A stretch of 64,000 bases of DNA, taken from assembly GCA_001001485.1 (NCBI GenBank), contig LCKO01000001.1:9381-73380 (forward strand). The letters are read 5' to 3'. A program made the translations under genes and the position numbers. Positions 48,873-57,654 of the stretch are shown in pieces. The stretch is from Candidatus Collierbacteria bacterium GW2011_GWB2_45_17. Its GTDB lineage: Bacteria; Patescibacteriota; Microgenomatia; UBA1400; MFAQ01. The notes under the pieces were generated by a model. It saw nothing but the letters and a program-made list of their open reading frames with translations. It did not search any database and was not told the origin of the DNA. The stretch's first letter is position 1. Every line of letters begins with the position of its first letter.

Positions 48873-49469
48873 GTGGATAAAAATTCAATCCTTCATCAGA
48901 TCAACATCGATTTTTTTATACTTTCAGCCACTGTCGTTCAAGATCTCAAAATGATCGCTCTTTGCCGATCCCCTTACTACAAGCACCCTATTGGTTGTCC
49001 AAACTGGGATCACAAAGACGGTTGTCCGCCCCATACCAAACGTTTTTTATCAGTCTATGAGCCGACAGTTTACATCGCCATTGCTCGCTTGGATTTTGGT
49101 AAGTATCTGAAACTTAAAGAAAAAATTCATCCGGGGTGGACAGAGAAAGCTTTAAAAAACCCTCGTCACTGGCAAGGTCACCTAAGAGCCGCTCTCAGAA
49201 ATTTTCTAACTCCGGACAAAATCCACACCGGCTTCGAAATAGTTAAAAATGCGGAAGCCATGGGCATCAATTTGTTCGAAACCTGTGCCAATGCCGGCTT
49301 CGTTCTCGAAAGAGATCCGAAAAATTATGTTTGCCACCTTAATCTCTTGGCTAAACCCACCACCCCTCACCGGGTGGTTTTTTGTTTCGTGGCACCGTGT
49401 CACAGTGTTACCGTGCCACACACCTTATCATTCTCGACCGACTATAATTTAACAAATGGATCTTATTAG
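48873..49469 (+). CDS. DUF2284-like metal-binding protein; C-terminus reads through a terminator
   Basis: C...GCPNW...GCPPH, AEAMGINLFETC; GTG at 48873 after GGAGG. Confidence 0.65.
   Translation: MDKNSILHQINIDFFILSATVVQDLKMIALCRSPYYKHPIGCPNWDHKDGCPPHTKRFLSVYEPTVYIAIARLDFGKYLKLKEKIHPGWTEKALKNPRHWQGHLRAALRNFLTPDKIHTGFEIVKNAEAMGINLFETCANAGFVLERDPKNYVCHLNLLAKPTTPHRVVFCFVAPCHSVTVPHTLSFSTDYNLTNGSY
49360..49383 (+). terminator. Terminator hairpin nearly identical to the one at 48810
   Basis: ccacccctcaccgggtggtttttt; 21/23 match to 48810-48832. Confidence 0.65.
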
Positions 49470-50343
49470 AAAAATTATTATGGATCTCTGCAAATTCTCT
49501 CCTCGTCAAGGAGAGAACGAGGTCAGAACTGCCCAGTATTTGGAGAACTTTTTGACTCAGAGAAAAATCAACTTCACTTCTCAGTATTTCAAAACCGAAA
49601 TCCCCAATGTTATTCACGCGGAACTCTATCTAGATGGCCAAAGGATACCATGTCTCGGAAAATCATTCGTCGGTGGCATGATTACTTCCAAGGATCAAAT
49701 CGATTTTAGTCCGTATTCAGACTATATCGAAACTATCACTTTTCGGCCCATTCCCACAGTTGCCATTTCCAGGACAAACGCTAAATTCCTAGAGAAAGCC
49801 AACCACGTCCGCGGGGAAGTTGTAGTTGAGAAATATTTATTCCAATCAAGAAACATATTAGTTGGCGATACCATTAATCCCAAAAAAATTATTTTTGCTC
49901 ACTACGATGGTCTTGGTGGGGGAGCAGTGGACAACGCTGGCAGTGTCGCCATTTGTCTCGAACTCTTAATTGAAAACCCTGAACTGTTATCCGAGAACTT
50001 ATTTGTTTTTGCTGGCAACGAAGAACTCAGTTACGACTCTGGAGACTACTGGGGCAAGGGCTACCGTGAATTTGAAAATGAATATCTCACCCTACTAAAA
50101 TCCGCTCTGGAGATTGTGGTTGTCGATGGCGTCGGGGTCAGCCCTCCTGTTATTGTTTCCGAAGACCGAGAAGATGTCTTTCCAATCAATCATTTCGACG
50201 AGTTCTCATCAAAAATTACCTGGCTTTCCAGCATCCAATCAGAAGTCCTCAAATGCTATCACTGTTTGGAAGATACACTTGACAAGTTAAATTTCGGCCA
50301 TTTCGAAGAAACCAGAAAAATGTTAGAAAAGATGTTAGGATAA
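49456..50343 (+). CDS. M28-family metallopeptidase-like protein
   Basis: AHYD, GAVDNAGSV, GNEE, YHCLEDT. Confidence 0.75.
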   Translation: MDLIRKIIMDLCKFSPRQGENEVRTAQYLENFLTQRKINFTSQYFKTEIPNVIHAELYLDGQRIPCLGKSFVGGMITSKDQIDFSPYSDYIETITFRPIPTVAISRTNAKFLEKANHVRGEVVVEKYLFQSRNILVGDTINPKKIIFAHYDGLGGGAVDNAGSVAICLELLIENPELLSENLFVFAGNEELSYDSGDYWGKGYREFENEYLTLLKSALEIVVVDGVGVSPPVIVSEDREDVFPINHFDEFSSKITWLSSIQSEVLKCYHCLEDTLDKLNFGHFEETRKMLEKMLG

Positions 50344-50346
50344 ATT

Positions 50347-50544
50347 ATGACCAATAAATTTAAAAACCTGAAGCCGTATATAGTCAGGACATCAGAAAAT
50401 AATGCATATACTATCCCGAAACTGGTAAGGGGGGAAAAACGCGATAAAATGATTTCCGAAATGGTTGAACTAATCAAAGAAAATAAGAAAATTATTGACG
50501 ATCTCAAATCATCCTCGAAACCAGATGGGTATCTTTTTGGATGA
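50347..50544 (+). CDS. Small protein, candidate antitoxin of the PIN toxin
   Basis: 65 aa; overlaps the start of the PIN-like ORF. Confidence 0.45.
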   Translation: MTNKFKNLKPYIVRTSENNAYTIPKLVRGEKRDKMISEMVELIKENKKIIDDLKSSSKPDGYLFG

Positions 50545-51094
50545 AAATTTCAAAGAATCAGTAAGAGGTAAATATTGCCTGTTGGATAATGATTTTCTTG
50601 GTGCCTTATTCAATGACAATTCTCTATTCCTTGCGATGAAGGACCTTTTAAATGACTATCCCTTTGTATACGATAATCTGACAAGTTTTGAATTCTTAAG
50701 AGATATCTATGTTCCTAGTCAGATAGTACTCAGGGAAAAATTTTTATCGAAGGATTTATTGTTTCCTCTCTCTGATCATCAAGAAATATATACAAAGACT
50801 CAAACCAATGCTCTCATCCTTTCCAAGATTTATGCCCAAAATAATTCAAAGTTAAATCAGAAGGGTTCAGCAAGTTTTACCGATATTTTTTTAGCTTCTA
50901 GATTAATGTCTTTGGGGAGTAAATACTTACTTATTACCGGAAATAAAAAAGACTTTCCCAATTATATCTTTGATACAAAAGGCATCATTACAAACGAGGA
51001 GGCAAGCGGAGCTCTAAGAAGCTACTCACTTCTATCATTTGATCCGGATAAATTTGATAAGTGTTTCAAGGAATTAGGCGGGGTGGGCAATTAA
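50525..51094 (+). CDS. PIN-domain (VapC-like) ribonuclease
   Basis: LLDNDFL, FEFLR, SFTDIFLA, LITGNKKDF; start uncertain. Confidence 0.65.
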   Translation: MGIFLDENFKESVRGKYCLLDNDFLGALFNDNSLFLAMKDLLNDYPFVYDNLTSFEFLRDIYVPSQIVLREKFLSKDLLFPLSDHQEIYTKTQTNALILSKIYAQNNSKLNQKGSASFTDIFLASRLMSLGSKYLLITGNKKDFPNYIFDTKGIITNEEASGALRSYSLLSFDPDKFDKCFKELGGVGN

Positions 51095-51124
51095 ACCTAG
51101 AGCTGGTAGAATAAGAATCACGAC

Positions 51125-52405
51125 ATGAATACTTTATTAGCCCCCTTGCGCGCCTTATTCAAGATTAAAGATCTCAGGAATCGCCTTATTTTTACCGCGA
51201 TTATTATTGCTATTTTTCGTTTAGTGGCTCACATTCCGGCTCCCGGAATCAATTTAGCCGCTCTGAAACAGCTTTTTGATGGTTCTGCCTTCCTCTCCCT
51301 TCTTGATATTTTTTCTGGCGGTACGCTGACTAATTTTTCCGTCATGGCTCTTGGTCTTAATCCCTACATCAACGCCTCTATCATTATGCAGATGATGGGT
51401 ATGGTCGTTCCCAAGTTGGAAGAGCTGCAAAAAGAAGGGGACTATGGTCGCCAGAAAATTAATCAATACACTCGCCTTTTAACTATCCCTCTTTGTTTCT
51501 TTCAAGGGATCGCTTTAATATTTCTTCTTCGGGGTCAAGGACTTACCACCACCACCGATCCTCTAAAACTCGCCGCCATTGTCTTTACCCTCGCCGCCGG
51601 CACTTCATTTCTCATCTGGCTCGGTGAACAGCTCAACGACTATGGTGTGGGCAACGGTATTAGTTTGATTATCTTTGTCGGTATCGTTACCCGTTTGCCG
51701 GTCGCCGCCGCTCAAATGTTAGCCACTATTGACCCCACCAAAATATTTACTTACTTAATTTTTGCTTTTTTTGCTATCGCCTCGGTCTATGCCATTGTCC
51801 GCGTCGGCGAAGCCGTTCGCGAAGTTCCCATCCAATCGGCGAGACGCGGCGCCTCTTTTACCTCGACATTGGGCAATCACCTGCCTCTCCGTCTAAATCA
51901 AGCCGGCGTGATCCCGATTATCTTCGCTGTTTCTTTTATGTTGATTCCGAATCTTCTTGGTCGGGTCTTCGCCGGTTCTGGTCAAGCCTGGTTAGCCGGA
52001 GTCTCCCGAAACATTACTCTCTATTTGGCGCCGGAATCCATTCTTTATAATGCCCTCTACTTTGGTTTAGTAGTTGCCTTTTGTTATTTCTATACTGCCG
52101 TGGTTTTTAATCCCGAAAAAATCGCCAAGGATCTTCGTCAGTCCGGCTCTTTTATTCCCGGTATCCGTCCCGGTCCCAACACGGTTGATTACCTAAATTT
52201 TGTTCTAAATAGAATTACTTTGGTAGGAGCCTCATTTTTGGGTCTGGTGGCCGTCTTTCCCTCCATTATTTCCGGGATGACCGGCATTACCGGGTTGGCC
52301 ATCGGCGGCACCGGTATCTTAATCGTCGTCTCCGTCGTTCTGGAAATTCTTAAATCCATCAACTCTCAGCTCTACATGTACAGTTACGATAAATTTCTCG
52401 ACTAA
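51125..52405 (+). CDS. secY: Preprotein translocase SecY
   Basis: [38 protein letters not shown]. Confidence 0.98.
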   Translation: MNTLLAPLRALFKIKDLRNRLIFTAIIIAIFRLVAHIPAPGINLAALKQLFDGSAFLSLLDIFSGGTLTNFSVMALGLNPYINASIIMQMMGMVVPKLEELQKEGDYGRQKINQYTRLLTIPLCFFQGIALIFLLRGQGLTTTTDPLKLAAIVFTLAAGTSFLIWLGEQLNDYGVGNGISLIIFVGIVTRLPVAAAQMLATIDPTKIFTYLIFAFFAIASVYAIVRVGEAVREVPIQSARRGASFTSTLGNHLPLRLNQAGVIPIIFAVSFMLIPNLLGRVFAGSGQAWLAGVSRNITLYLAPESILYNALYFGLVVAFCYFYTAVVFNPEKIAKDLRQSGSFIPGIRPGPNTVDYLNFVLNRITLVGASFLGLVAVFPSIISGMTGITGLAIGGTGILIVVSVVLEILKSINSQLYMYSYDKFLD

Positions 52406-52460
52406 AATGAAAATAATTTCAGCAAGACTAGTCTCTGGCTAGCAAGTGACAAATCAATAA

Positions 52461-53294
52461 ATGGTCAAGAAAAGATACAATCTCAAAGTTAAAGGCCTTG
52501 AAATAAGTATTTTTCAAATAGACAACTCTGATTACGTTTCCCTTACCGATATGGCCAAGTACAAAGATATTTTTAGAAGCGATTATATTTTGCAAAATTG
52601 GATTAGAGGCAAGCATGTCATAGAGTTTCTCGGACTATGGGAAAAACTTTACAACAAAAACTTTAAACCCATCGAATTCGATGGGTTTATGTCAGAGTCA
52701 GGGTCAAACAGTTTTGTCCTGACACCAAAAAAGTGGATCGAGAAAACAAATGCCATCGGTATTATTTCCAGAGTTGGTCGGGGGGGAGGAACCTATGCCC
52801 ACAAAGATATTGCCTTTGAGTTTGCTTCATGGATAAGTGTTGAATTTAAACTATATCTTATTAAAGAATTTCAAAGACTCAAAGAAGAAGAGGGTCTTCG
52901 GTTAGAACAAGGTTGGGATACCAAGCGCACTCTTGCCAAAATAAATTACAAAATTCACACCGATTCTATCAAAGAACATATCATTCCCACAGTTATACCA
53001 AAAACCAAGTCGAGTACAATTTACGCCAACGAAGCAGACGTATTAAACGTAGCTTTATTTGGTCAAACAGCCAAAGATTGGCGAGTAAAAAATCCAAACA
53101 AAGATGGCAATATTCGAGACTACGCTAATGTAATGCAACTAATCATCTTGGTCAATCTGGAAAGTTTTAATGCTGAACTAATTAGGCGAGGTATTTCACA
53201 ATCTGTAAGGTTAGTTGAATTAAACAAAGTTGCAATCTTTCAAGCAAGATCGTTAATAGGTAACAGCCAAATTAATAAAATAGGTAAAATATAA
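52461..53294 (+). CDS. KilA-N domain protein
   Basis: DYVSLTDMAK, GGTYAHKDIAFEFASWIS, KINYKIHTD. Confidence 0.88.
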   Translation: MVKKRYNLKVKGLEISIFQIDNSDYVSLTDMAKYKDIFRSDYILQNWIRGKHVIEFLGLWEKLYNKNFKPIEFDGFMSESGSNSFVLTPKKWIEKTNAIGIISRVGRGGGTYAHKDIAFEFASWISVEFKLYLIKEFQRLKEEEGLRLEQGWDTKRTLAKINYKIHTDSIKEHIIPTVIPKTKSSTIYANEADVLNVALFGQTAKDWRVKNPNKDGNIRDYANVMQLIILVNLESFNAELIRRGISQSVRLVELNKVAIFQARSLIGNSQINKIGKI

Positions 53295-53296
53295 AT

Positions 53297-53857
53297 ATGA
53301 ACATCATTATTCTCGGTCCACAAGGATCCGGCAAGGGCACTCAAGCCCAGTTACTGGCCGAAAAATTTGGTTTAACCAATATTTCTTCCGGAAAACTTCT
53401 TCGTGAGGAAGCCAAAAATGATACCGAAAAAGGCAGATTGGTTGCCGACCTTCTCACTACCGGCGCTCTTCTTCCCTTCGACACCGTCCTTGAAGTCACC
53501 GAGCCAGTACTACTTCAGGCAAAATCCGGATTTATTATCGATGGCACCCCGCGAGACTTAATGCAAGCTGAGTATCTTGATTGGTATCTATTAGAGCGTC
53601 AGATAAATATCGACAAGGTGATCCTTCTGAACATTCCTAGAGAAGTTAGTCTGGATAGACTGTCCAAAAGAGCCAAAATTGAAAACCGCTCCGATGATAC
53701 TCCGGAAGCCATTCACGAAAGACTGGATATTTACGAGAGAGAAACCCTTCCCGTTGTCGAGTATTATCGAAAACAAGGAAAACTTATCGAAATCGATGGT
53801 ACCCCCGATATTCAAAGTATCTTCCTAGACATTGTCACCAAACTATCCACCAAATGA
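53297..53857 (+). CDS. adk: Adenylate kinase (short LID)
   Basis: GPQGSGKGTQA, DGTPR, RSDD. Confidence 0.93.
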   Translation: MNIIILGPQGSGKGTQAQLLAEKFGLTNISSGKLLREEAKNDTEKGRLVADLLTTGALLPFDTVLEVTEPVLLQAKSGFIIDGTPRDLMQAEYLDWYLLERQINIDKVILLNIPREVSLDRLSKRAKIENRSDDTPEAIHERLDIYERETLPVVEYYRKQGKLIEIDGTPDIQSIFLDIVTKLSTK

Positions 53858-54588
53858 CCAAACTTCAAGTTATGACCGAAGGCGGCAAGCGTCTGGGTCG
53901 GATCAAAAGTCAGTTGGCTGATATGGTCAAAGAAGGTGTTACTCCTCTGGAAATTGATAATTTTGCCGAGAAACTCATTAGTGAAGGAGGAGATAAACCT
54001 TCATTCAAGATGGTTCAGGGCTACAAGTACTCTACCTGTATCAATATCAACGCCGGCATGGTTCATGGAATCCCCGGGAAAACCCCTTTTAGACCAGGTG
54101 ATGTAGTCAAAGTAGATATGGGACTTTTTCATGAAGGTTATCATCTTGATACCTCCACCACCATTCAAATTCCTCCTTATACCCCTGAAGTCAGCAAATT
54201 CCTTAAGGTCAGCCAAGAGTCTCTCAAAGCCGCTATCTTTGCCGCCACTCCCGGTAACACTGTTTACGACCTTGGAGTGGCCATGCAGACCGTGGCGGAA
54301 AGCGCGGGCTACAACGTCATTCGTGACCTCACCGGCCATGGGATCGGCCGTCAGCTTCACATGGAGCCTTTTATTCCTTGCTTCGCCGACAAGAGAAACA
54401 AGAAGTTTGTTCTGGCCGTAGACCAGACCGTGGCTATCGAGGCTATGGTAACTATGGGGGACTGGCATCTGGTCGAAGATCCGGACGGCTGGACTCTGTC
54501 TACCCAAGACGGCTCTCTCACGGCCATGTTCGAAGAAACCGTCTACCTCACCCCCAACGGTCCCCTCATCCTCACCGCCGTGTGTTAA
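53854..54588 (+). CDS. map: Methionine aminopeptidase type I
   Basis: VHGIP, GHGIG, LHMEP, AIEAM. Confidence 0.95.
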   Translation: MTKLQVMTEGGKRLGRIKSQLADMVKEGVTPLEIDNFAEKLISEGGDKPSFKMVQGYKYSTCININAGMVHGIPGKTPFRPGDVVKVDMGLFHEGYHLDTSTTIQIPPYTPEVSKFLKVSQESLKAAIFAATPGNTVYDLGVAMQTVAESAGYNVIRDLTGHGIGRQLHMEPFIPCFADKRNKKFVLAVDQTVAIEAMVTMGDWHLVEDPDGWTLSTQDGSLTAMFEETVYLTPNGPLILTAVC

Positions 54589-54630
54589 AATACCCATCTT
54601 CTCGCAACTTAAAATTATAGGAGGCTTCCC

Positions 54631-55008
54631 GTGTCCAAAAACAAAGTTCTTGTCCTTCATTCCGCAGACAGTTCTGCTCGAGCCGAAACTTTCAAAAAAT
54701 GGCTGGAAAACCTGGATTTTAGTGTTTCAACCATGAACGACTTAAACAAATCAGAATCCGAGTCCGCCTACCGTCTTTTACAAAAAGCGATCGAAGGAAA
54801 CGATCGTGTTGTTATCTTGGTTTCCACCGGGATTTTTAACAGTTGTGTTCTGAGGTTTGGTATAGGCTACGCCCTCGGTGCCGGCAAGAAGATAGTCTCA
54901 GTCGTCAAGGACACCGATAGGGTTATTATGCCCTCTTGGTACGCCAATCTATTTGTACCGTTAAATAGCTACGACGAGGGCGAAATCTGGTCCAAACTGA
55001 AAAAATAA
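54631..55008 (+). CDS. Stand-alone TIR-like domain protein
   Basis: KVLVLHS, AIEGNDRVVILVS, SCVLRFGIGYALGAGKKIVSV; GGAGG SD. Confidence 0.55.
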   Translation: MSKNKVLVLHSADSSARAETFKKWLENLDFSVSTMNDLNKSESESAYRLLQKAIEGNDRVVILVSTGIFNSCVLRFGIGYALGAGKKIVSVVKDTDRVIMPSWYANLFVPLNSYDEGEIWSKLKK

Positions 55009-55014
55009 CTTCCC

Positions 55015-55036
55015 AGCCCCCGAAAGGGGGCTTTTT
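55015..55036 (+). terminator. Intrinsic terminator
   Basis: agccccc-gaaa-gggggct-tttt. Confidence 0.8.
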
Positions 55037-55069
55037 CTAGCCAAGATTAGCCACTAGCCTAAGCAATAT

Positions 55070-55098
55070 TTGACATTCCGTACACATCGTCATAATAT
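55070..55098 (+). promoter_or_regulatory. Promoter of the leaderless BrnT-like gene
   Basis: TTGACA-17 nt-TAATAT with GTG 7 nt downstream. Confidence 0.7.
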
Positions 55099-55105
55099 AT
55101 AAGTA

Positions 55106-55402
55106 GTGAAATTTGACTGGAATCCAGACAAAAACAAGCTTTTAAAATTAACCAGAGGGATTGATTTTCAATCAATTGTGCGGGCCATAAAGAAAAAGAA
55201 GGTCTTGTTAGATACGCCACACTTTGATCAAATCAGGTATCCAAAACAAAGAATATTAATTATTTCTATCAAAAGTTACGCCTATATTGTCCCATATGTT
55301 CAAAATGGACCAACACGATTTTTAAAAACTATTTATCCAAGTCGCCGATATTATAAAAAATATTTAAAAAATGCCCAAAAAGCCAAAATTCGATCCCTTT
55401 AA
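55106..55402 (+). CDS. BrnT-like toxin
   Basis: FDWNPDKNKLLKLTRGIDF...RYPKQ...FLKTIYPSRR. Confidence 0.78.
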   Translation: MKFDWNPDKNKLLKLTRGIDFQSIVRAIKKKKVLLDTPHFDQIRYPKQRILIISIKSYAYIVPYVQNGPTRFLKTIYPSRRYYKKYLKNAQKAKIRSL

Positions 55403-55673
55403 AAACCTAGTTCTGGACGAGTACGAACAAGAATTGGAAGATAGTATCCCAGACGACATTGTATTAACTCCACCCTCACCAGCTAGGCTTGCTATACTCA
55501 AGAAAGCCGCCGAAAATACTCTCAGAGACTTAGAACTTCAAAAAAAGAGCAAAAACATCAATTTGAGAGTCACCGAGGCCACCTTTCGCAACCTAAAATC
55601 AAAGGCCACCAGGCTCGGTTTGCCATATCAAACTCTAGCCTCTAGTATTCTTCACCAATACTCCAGTAAATAG
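55371..55673 (+). CDS. Antitoxin with a C-terminal RHH
   Basis: KNINLRV...GLPYQTLASSILHQY. Confidence 0.78.
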   Translation: MPKKPKFDPFKNLVLDEYEQELEDSIPDDIVLTPPSPARLAILKKAAENTLRDLELQKKSKNINLRVTEATFRNLKSKATRLGLPYQTLASSILHQYSSK

Positions 55674-55738
55674 TACCCAAATTAGCCACTAGTCAAATGT
55701 GGCTAACTTTGGTACAATACCGTTTGCACAACTAAAAT

Positions 55739-55957
55739 ATGGCTAAAAACCAGATGACTGAGGTAAACGGAGTCGTCTCCGAGTCGCTACCCAATATGCA
55801 GTTTCGGGTAACTCTCGAAGATGGCAGAGAAATCTTGGCTCATCTTGCTGGCAGAATGCGGCTTCATCGCATTCGCGTCATGCCCGGGGACAAAGTAAAG
55901 CTCGAAATGAGCGAATACGACCTGGACAAAGGCAGGATAGTTTACAGATCAAGCTAG
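55739..55957 (+). CDS. infA: Translation initiation factor IF-1
   Basis: [19 protein letters not shown]. Confidence 0.97.
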   Translation: MAKNQMTEVNGVVSESLPNMQFRVTLEDGREILAHLAGRMRLHRIRVMPGDKVKLEMSEYDLDKGRIVYRSS

Positions 55958-56003
55958 ATTCCGTTTCACTCACCAATAATTATTTAAATAAACTAAAACG
56001 CGC

Positions 56004-56117
56004 ATGCGGGTTCAATCGTCCGTCAGACCTCGTTGCAAGAATTGCAAAATTATTAAACGCCATGGTAAGGTGTTGGTCATTTGTACCAATCCCCGCCATA
56101 AACAACGCCAAGGATAA
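56004..56117 (+). CDS. rpmJ: 50S ribosomal protein bL36 (not in the ORF track)
   Basis: [37 protein letters not shown]. Confidence 0.96.
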   Translation: MRVQSSVRPRCKNCKIIKRHGKVLVICTNPRHKQRQG

Positions 56118-56120
56118 CCC

Positions 56121-56546
56121 ATGCCCAGACTTTCCGGTATCGATATTCCCAACGAAAAAAGAATTGATATCTCTCTAACCTATATCTATGGTGTCGGTGA
56201 TATGGTCGCCAAAGATATCCTCAAAAAATCCAAGGTGGCTCCTCATATTCGTACCAAAGATCTCTCCGGAGAAGAGTTAAAAAGTATTCAAACTGTCTTA
56301 GACACTCTCCCCACCGAAGGAGAACTTCGTAAAATGGTGCGCGATAATATCGAAACTCTCAAAAGAATTCAAGCCTACCGAGGGACAAGACACTCTATGG
56401 GTCTTCCGGTTAGAGGCCAACGGACCAAAACCAACGCCCGTACCAGAAAAGGCAAGCGAAAGACCATTGGTGCTATCTCCAAAGAAGCCTCTACCGCTAT
56501 CTCCCCCGCTCCGGCCGCCAAGGCTCCTGTAGCCAAAAAGAAATAA
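56121..56546 (+). CDS. rpsM: 30S ribosomal protein uS13
   Basis: LTYIYGVG, LPVRGQRTKTNARTRKG. Confidence 0.97.
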   Translation: MPRLSGIDIPNEKRIDISLTYIYGVGDMVAKDILKKSKVAPHIRTKDLSGEELKSIQTVLDTLPTEGELRKMVRDNIETLKRIQAYRGTRHSMGLPVRGQRTKTNARTRKGKRKTIGAISKEASTAISPAPAAKAPVAKKK

Positions 56547-56556
56547 CTAAAACCAC

Positions 56557-56970
56557 ATGCCAGAAGAAAAACCCATCATCAAACCGGTCTTAAAAAACAA
56601 AAAAGCCTCCGCCATTCATTTTAAAAGCGGTCAGGGTAAAATGTATGTCAAGTCTACCTTCAATACAACCTATGTTACTTTTACCGACACCACGGGCAAC
56701 ACTGTTTGTTGGAGTAGCGCCGGCACTTGTGGTTTCAAAGGGGCCAAGAGATCCACTCCGTTTGCGGCTACCACCATTATTGAAGAAGGTCTTCGAAAAG
56801 CCAAAACTCTAGGCCTAACTAACATCGATGTCTATCTCAAAGGCCCCGGACCAGGGAAAGACGCCGCTCTTCGTGTTCTAAAGACCTCCGGTGCCGAAAT
56901 CAATATGCTGGCCGACACCACTCCCATTCCCCACAACGGCTGTCGCCCCAGAAAACATCGCCGAGTCTAA
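56557..56970 (+). CDS. rpsK: 30S ribosomal protein uS11
   Basis: STPFAA, KGPGPG, TPIPHNGCRP. Confidence 0.97.
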   Translation: MPEEKPIIKPVLKNKKASAIHFKSGQGKMYVKSTFNTTYVTFTDTTGNTVCWSSAGTCGFKGAKRSTPFAATTIIEEGLRKAKTLGLTNIDVYLKGPGPGKDAALRVLKTSGAEINMLADTTPIPHNGCRPRKHRRV

Positions 56971-56996
56971 ACCAAGAACTAATAACCAATAACTAA
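56969..56996 (+). repeat. Heptamer array (4 units) before rpsD
   Basis: aaaccaa gaactaa taaccaa taactaa. Confidence 0.75.
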
Positions 56997-57005
56997 AAAT
57001 AAAAC

Positions 57006-57629
57006 ATGGCCAAATACATCGATCCCAAATGCAGACTTTGTCGCCGAGAAGGTGAAAAGCTTTATTTGAAAGGTGCCCGTTGTTTCACCCCCAAATGTCC
57101 CATTGAAAAAAGAGGCGGTCAAATCCCCGGTCAGCACGGCAAAAAAAGAACCCGTGGTCGTATTTCCGGCTATGGCATTCAGCTTCGTGAAAAACAAAAG
57201 GCCAAACGCCTTTATGGTGTTCTCGAAGGCCAGTTCCATCGCTACTACGAGCTCGCTATCAAATCAAAAGACAACACCGCCGAAATGTTGGTCCAGCTCT
57301 TGGAATCCCGTTTAGACAATATCTGTTACCGCCTAGGTTTTACTCTTTCCAGATCACTTGCTCGTCAATTAGTTACTCATGGCAACGTTCTGGTCGATGG
57401 TAAAAAGGTCGATGTACCCTCATTTCAAACCAAACCCGGTATGATTATCTCTCTTCCTGCCCATGCCGCTAAGTTCGACTTTGTCGCTCCTAATCTGATC
57501 GAAAAAAATGCCCCCGCCAAGTGGCTTTCTCGTGTGGGCACACAGGGTAAAATCGACCGTCTACCAGGAAGAGACGAAGTTGGCACGGACATGAAGACCA
57601 ATCTCATTATTGAGTTCTACTCAAGATAA
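57006..57629 (+). CDS. rpsD: 30S ribosomal protein uS4
   Basis: CRLCRREG, QLREKQK, LESRLDN, IIEFYSR. Confidence 0.97.
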   Translation: MAKYIDPKCRLCRREGEKLYLKGARCFTPKCPIEKRGGQIPGQHGKKRTRGRISGYGIQLREKQKAKRLYGVLEGQFHRYYELAIKSKDNTAEMLVQLLESRLDNICYRLGFTLSRSLARQLVTHGNVLVDGKKVDVPSFQTKPGMIISLPAHAAKFDFVAPNLIEKNAPAKWLSRVGTQGKIDRLPGRDEVGTDMKTNLIIEFYSR

Positions 57630-57654
57630 TTTATTAACAATTAGTCACAAAAAA

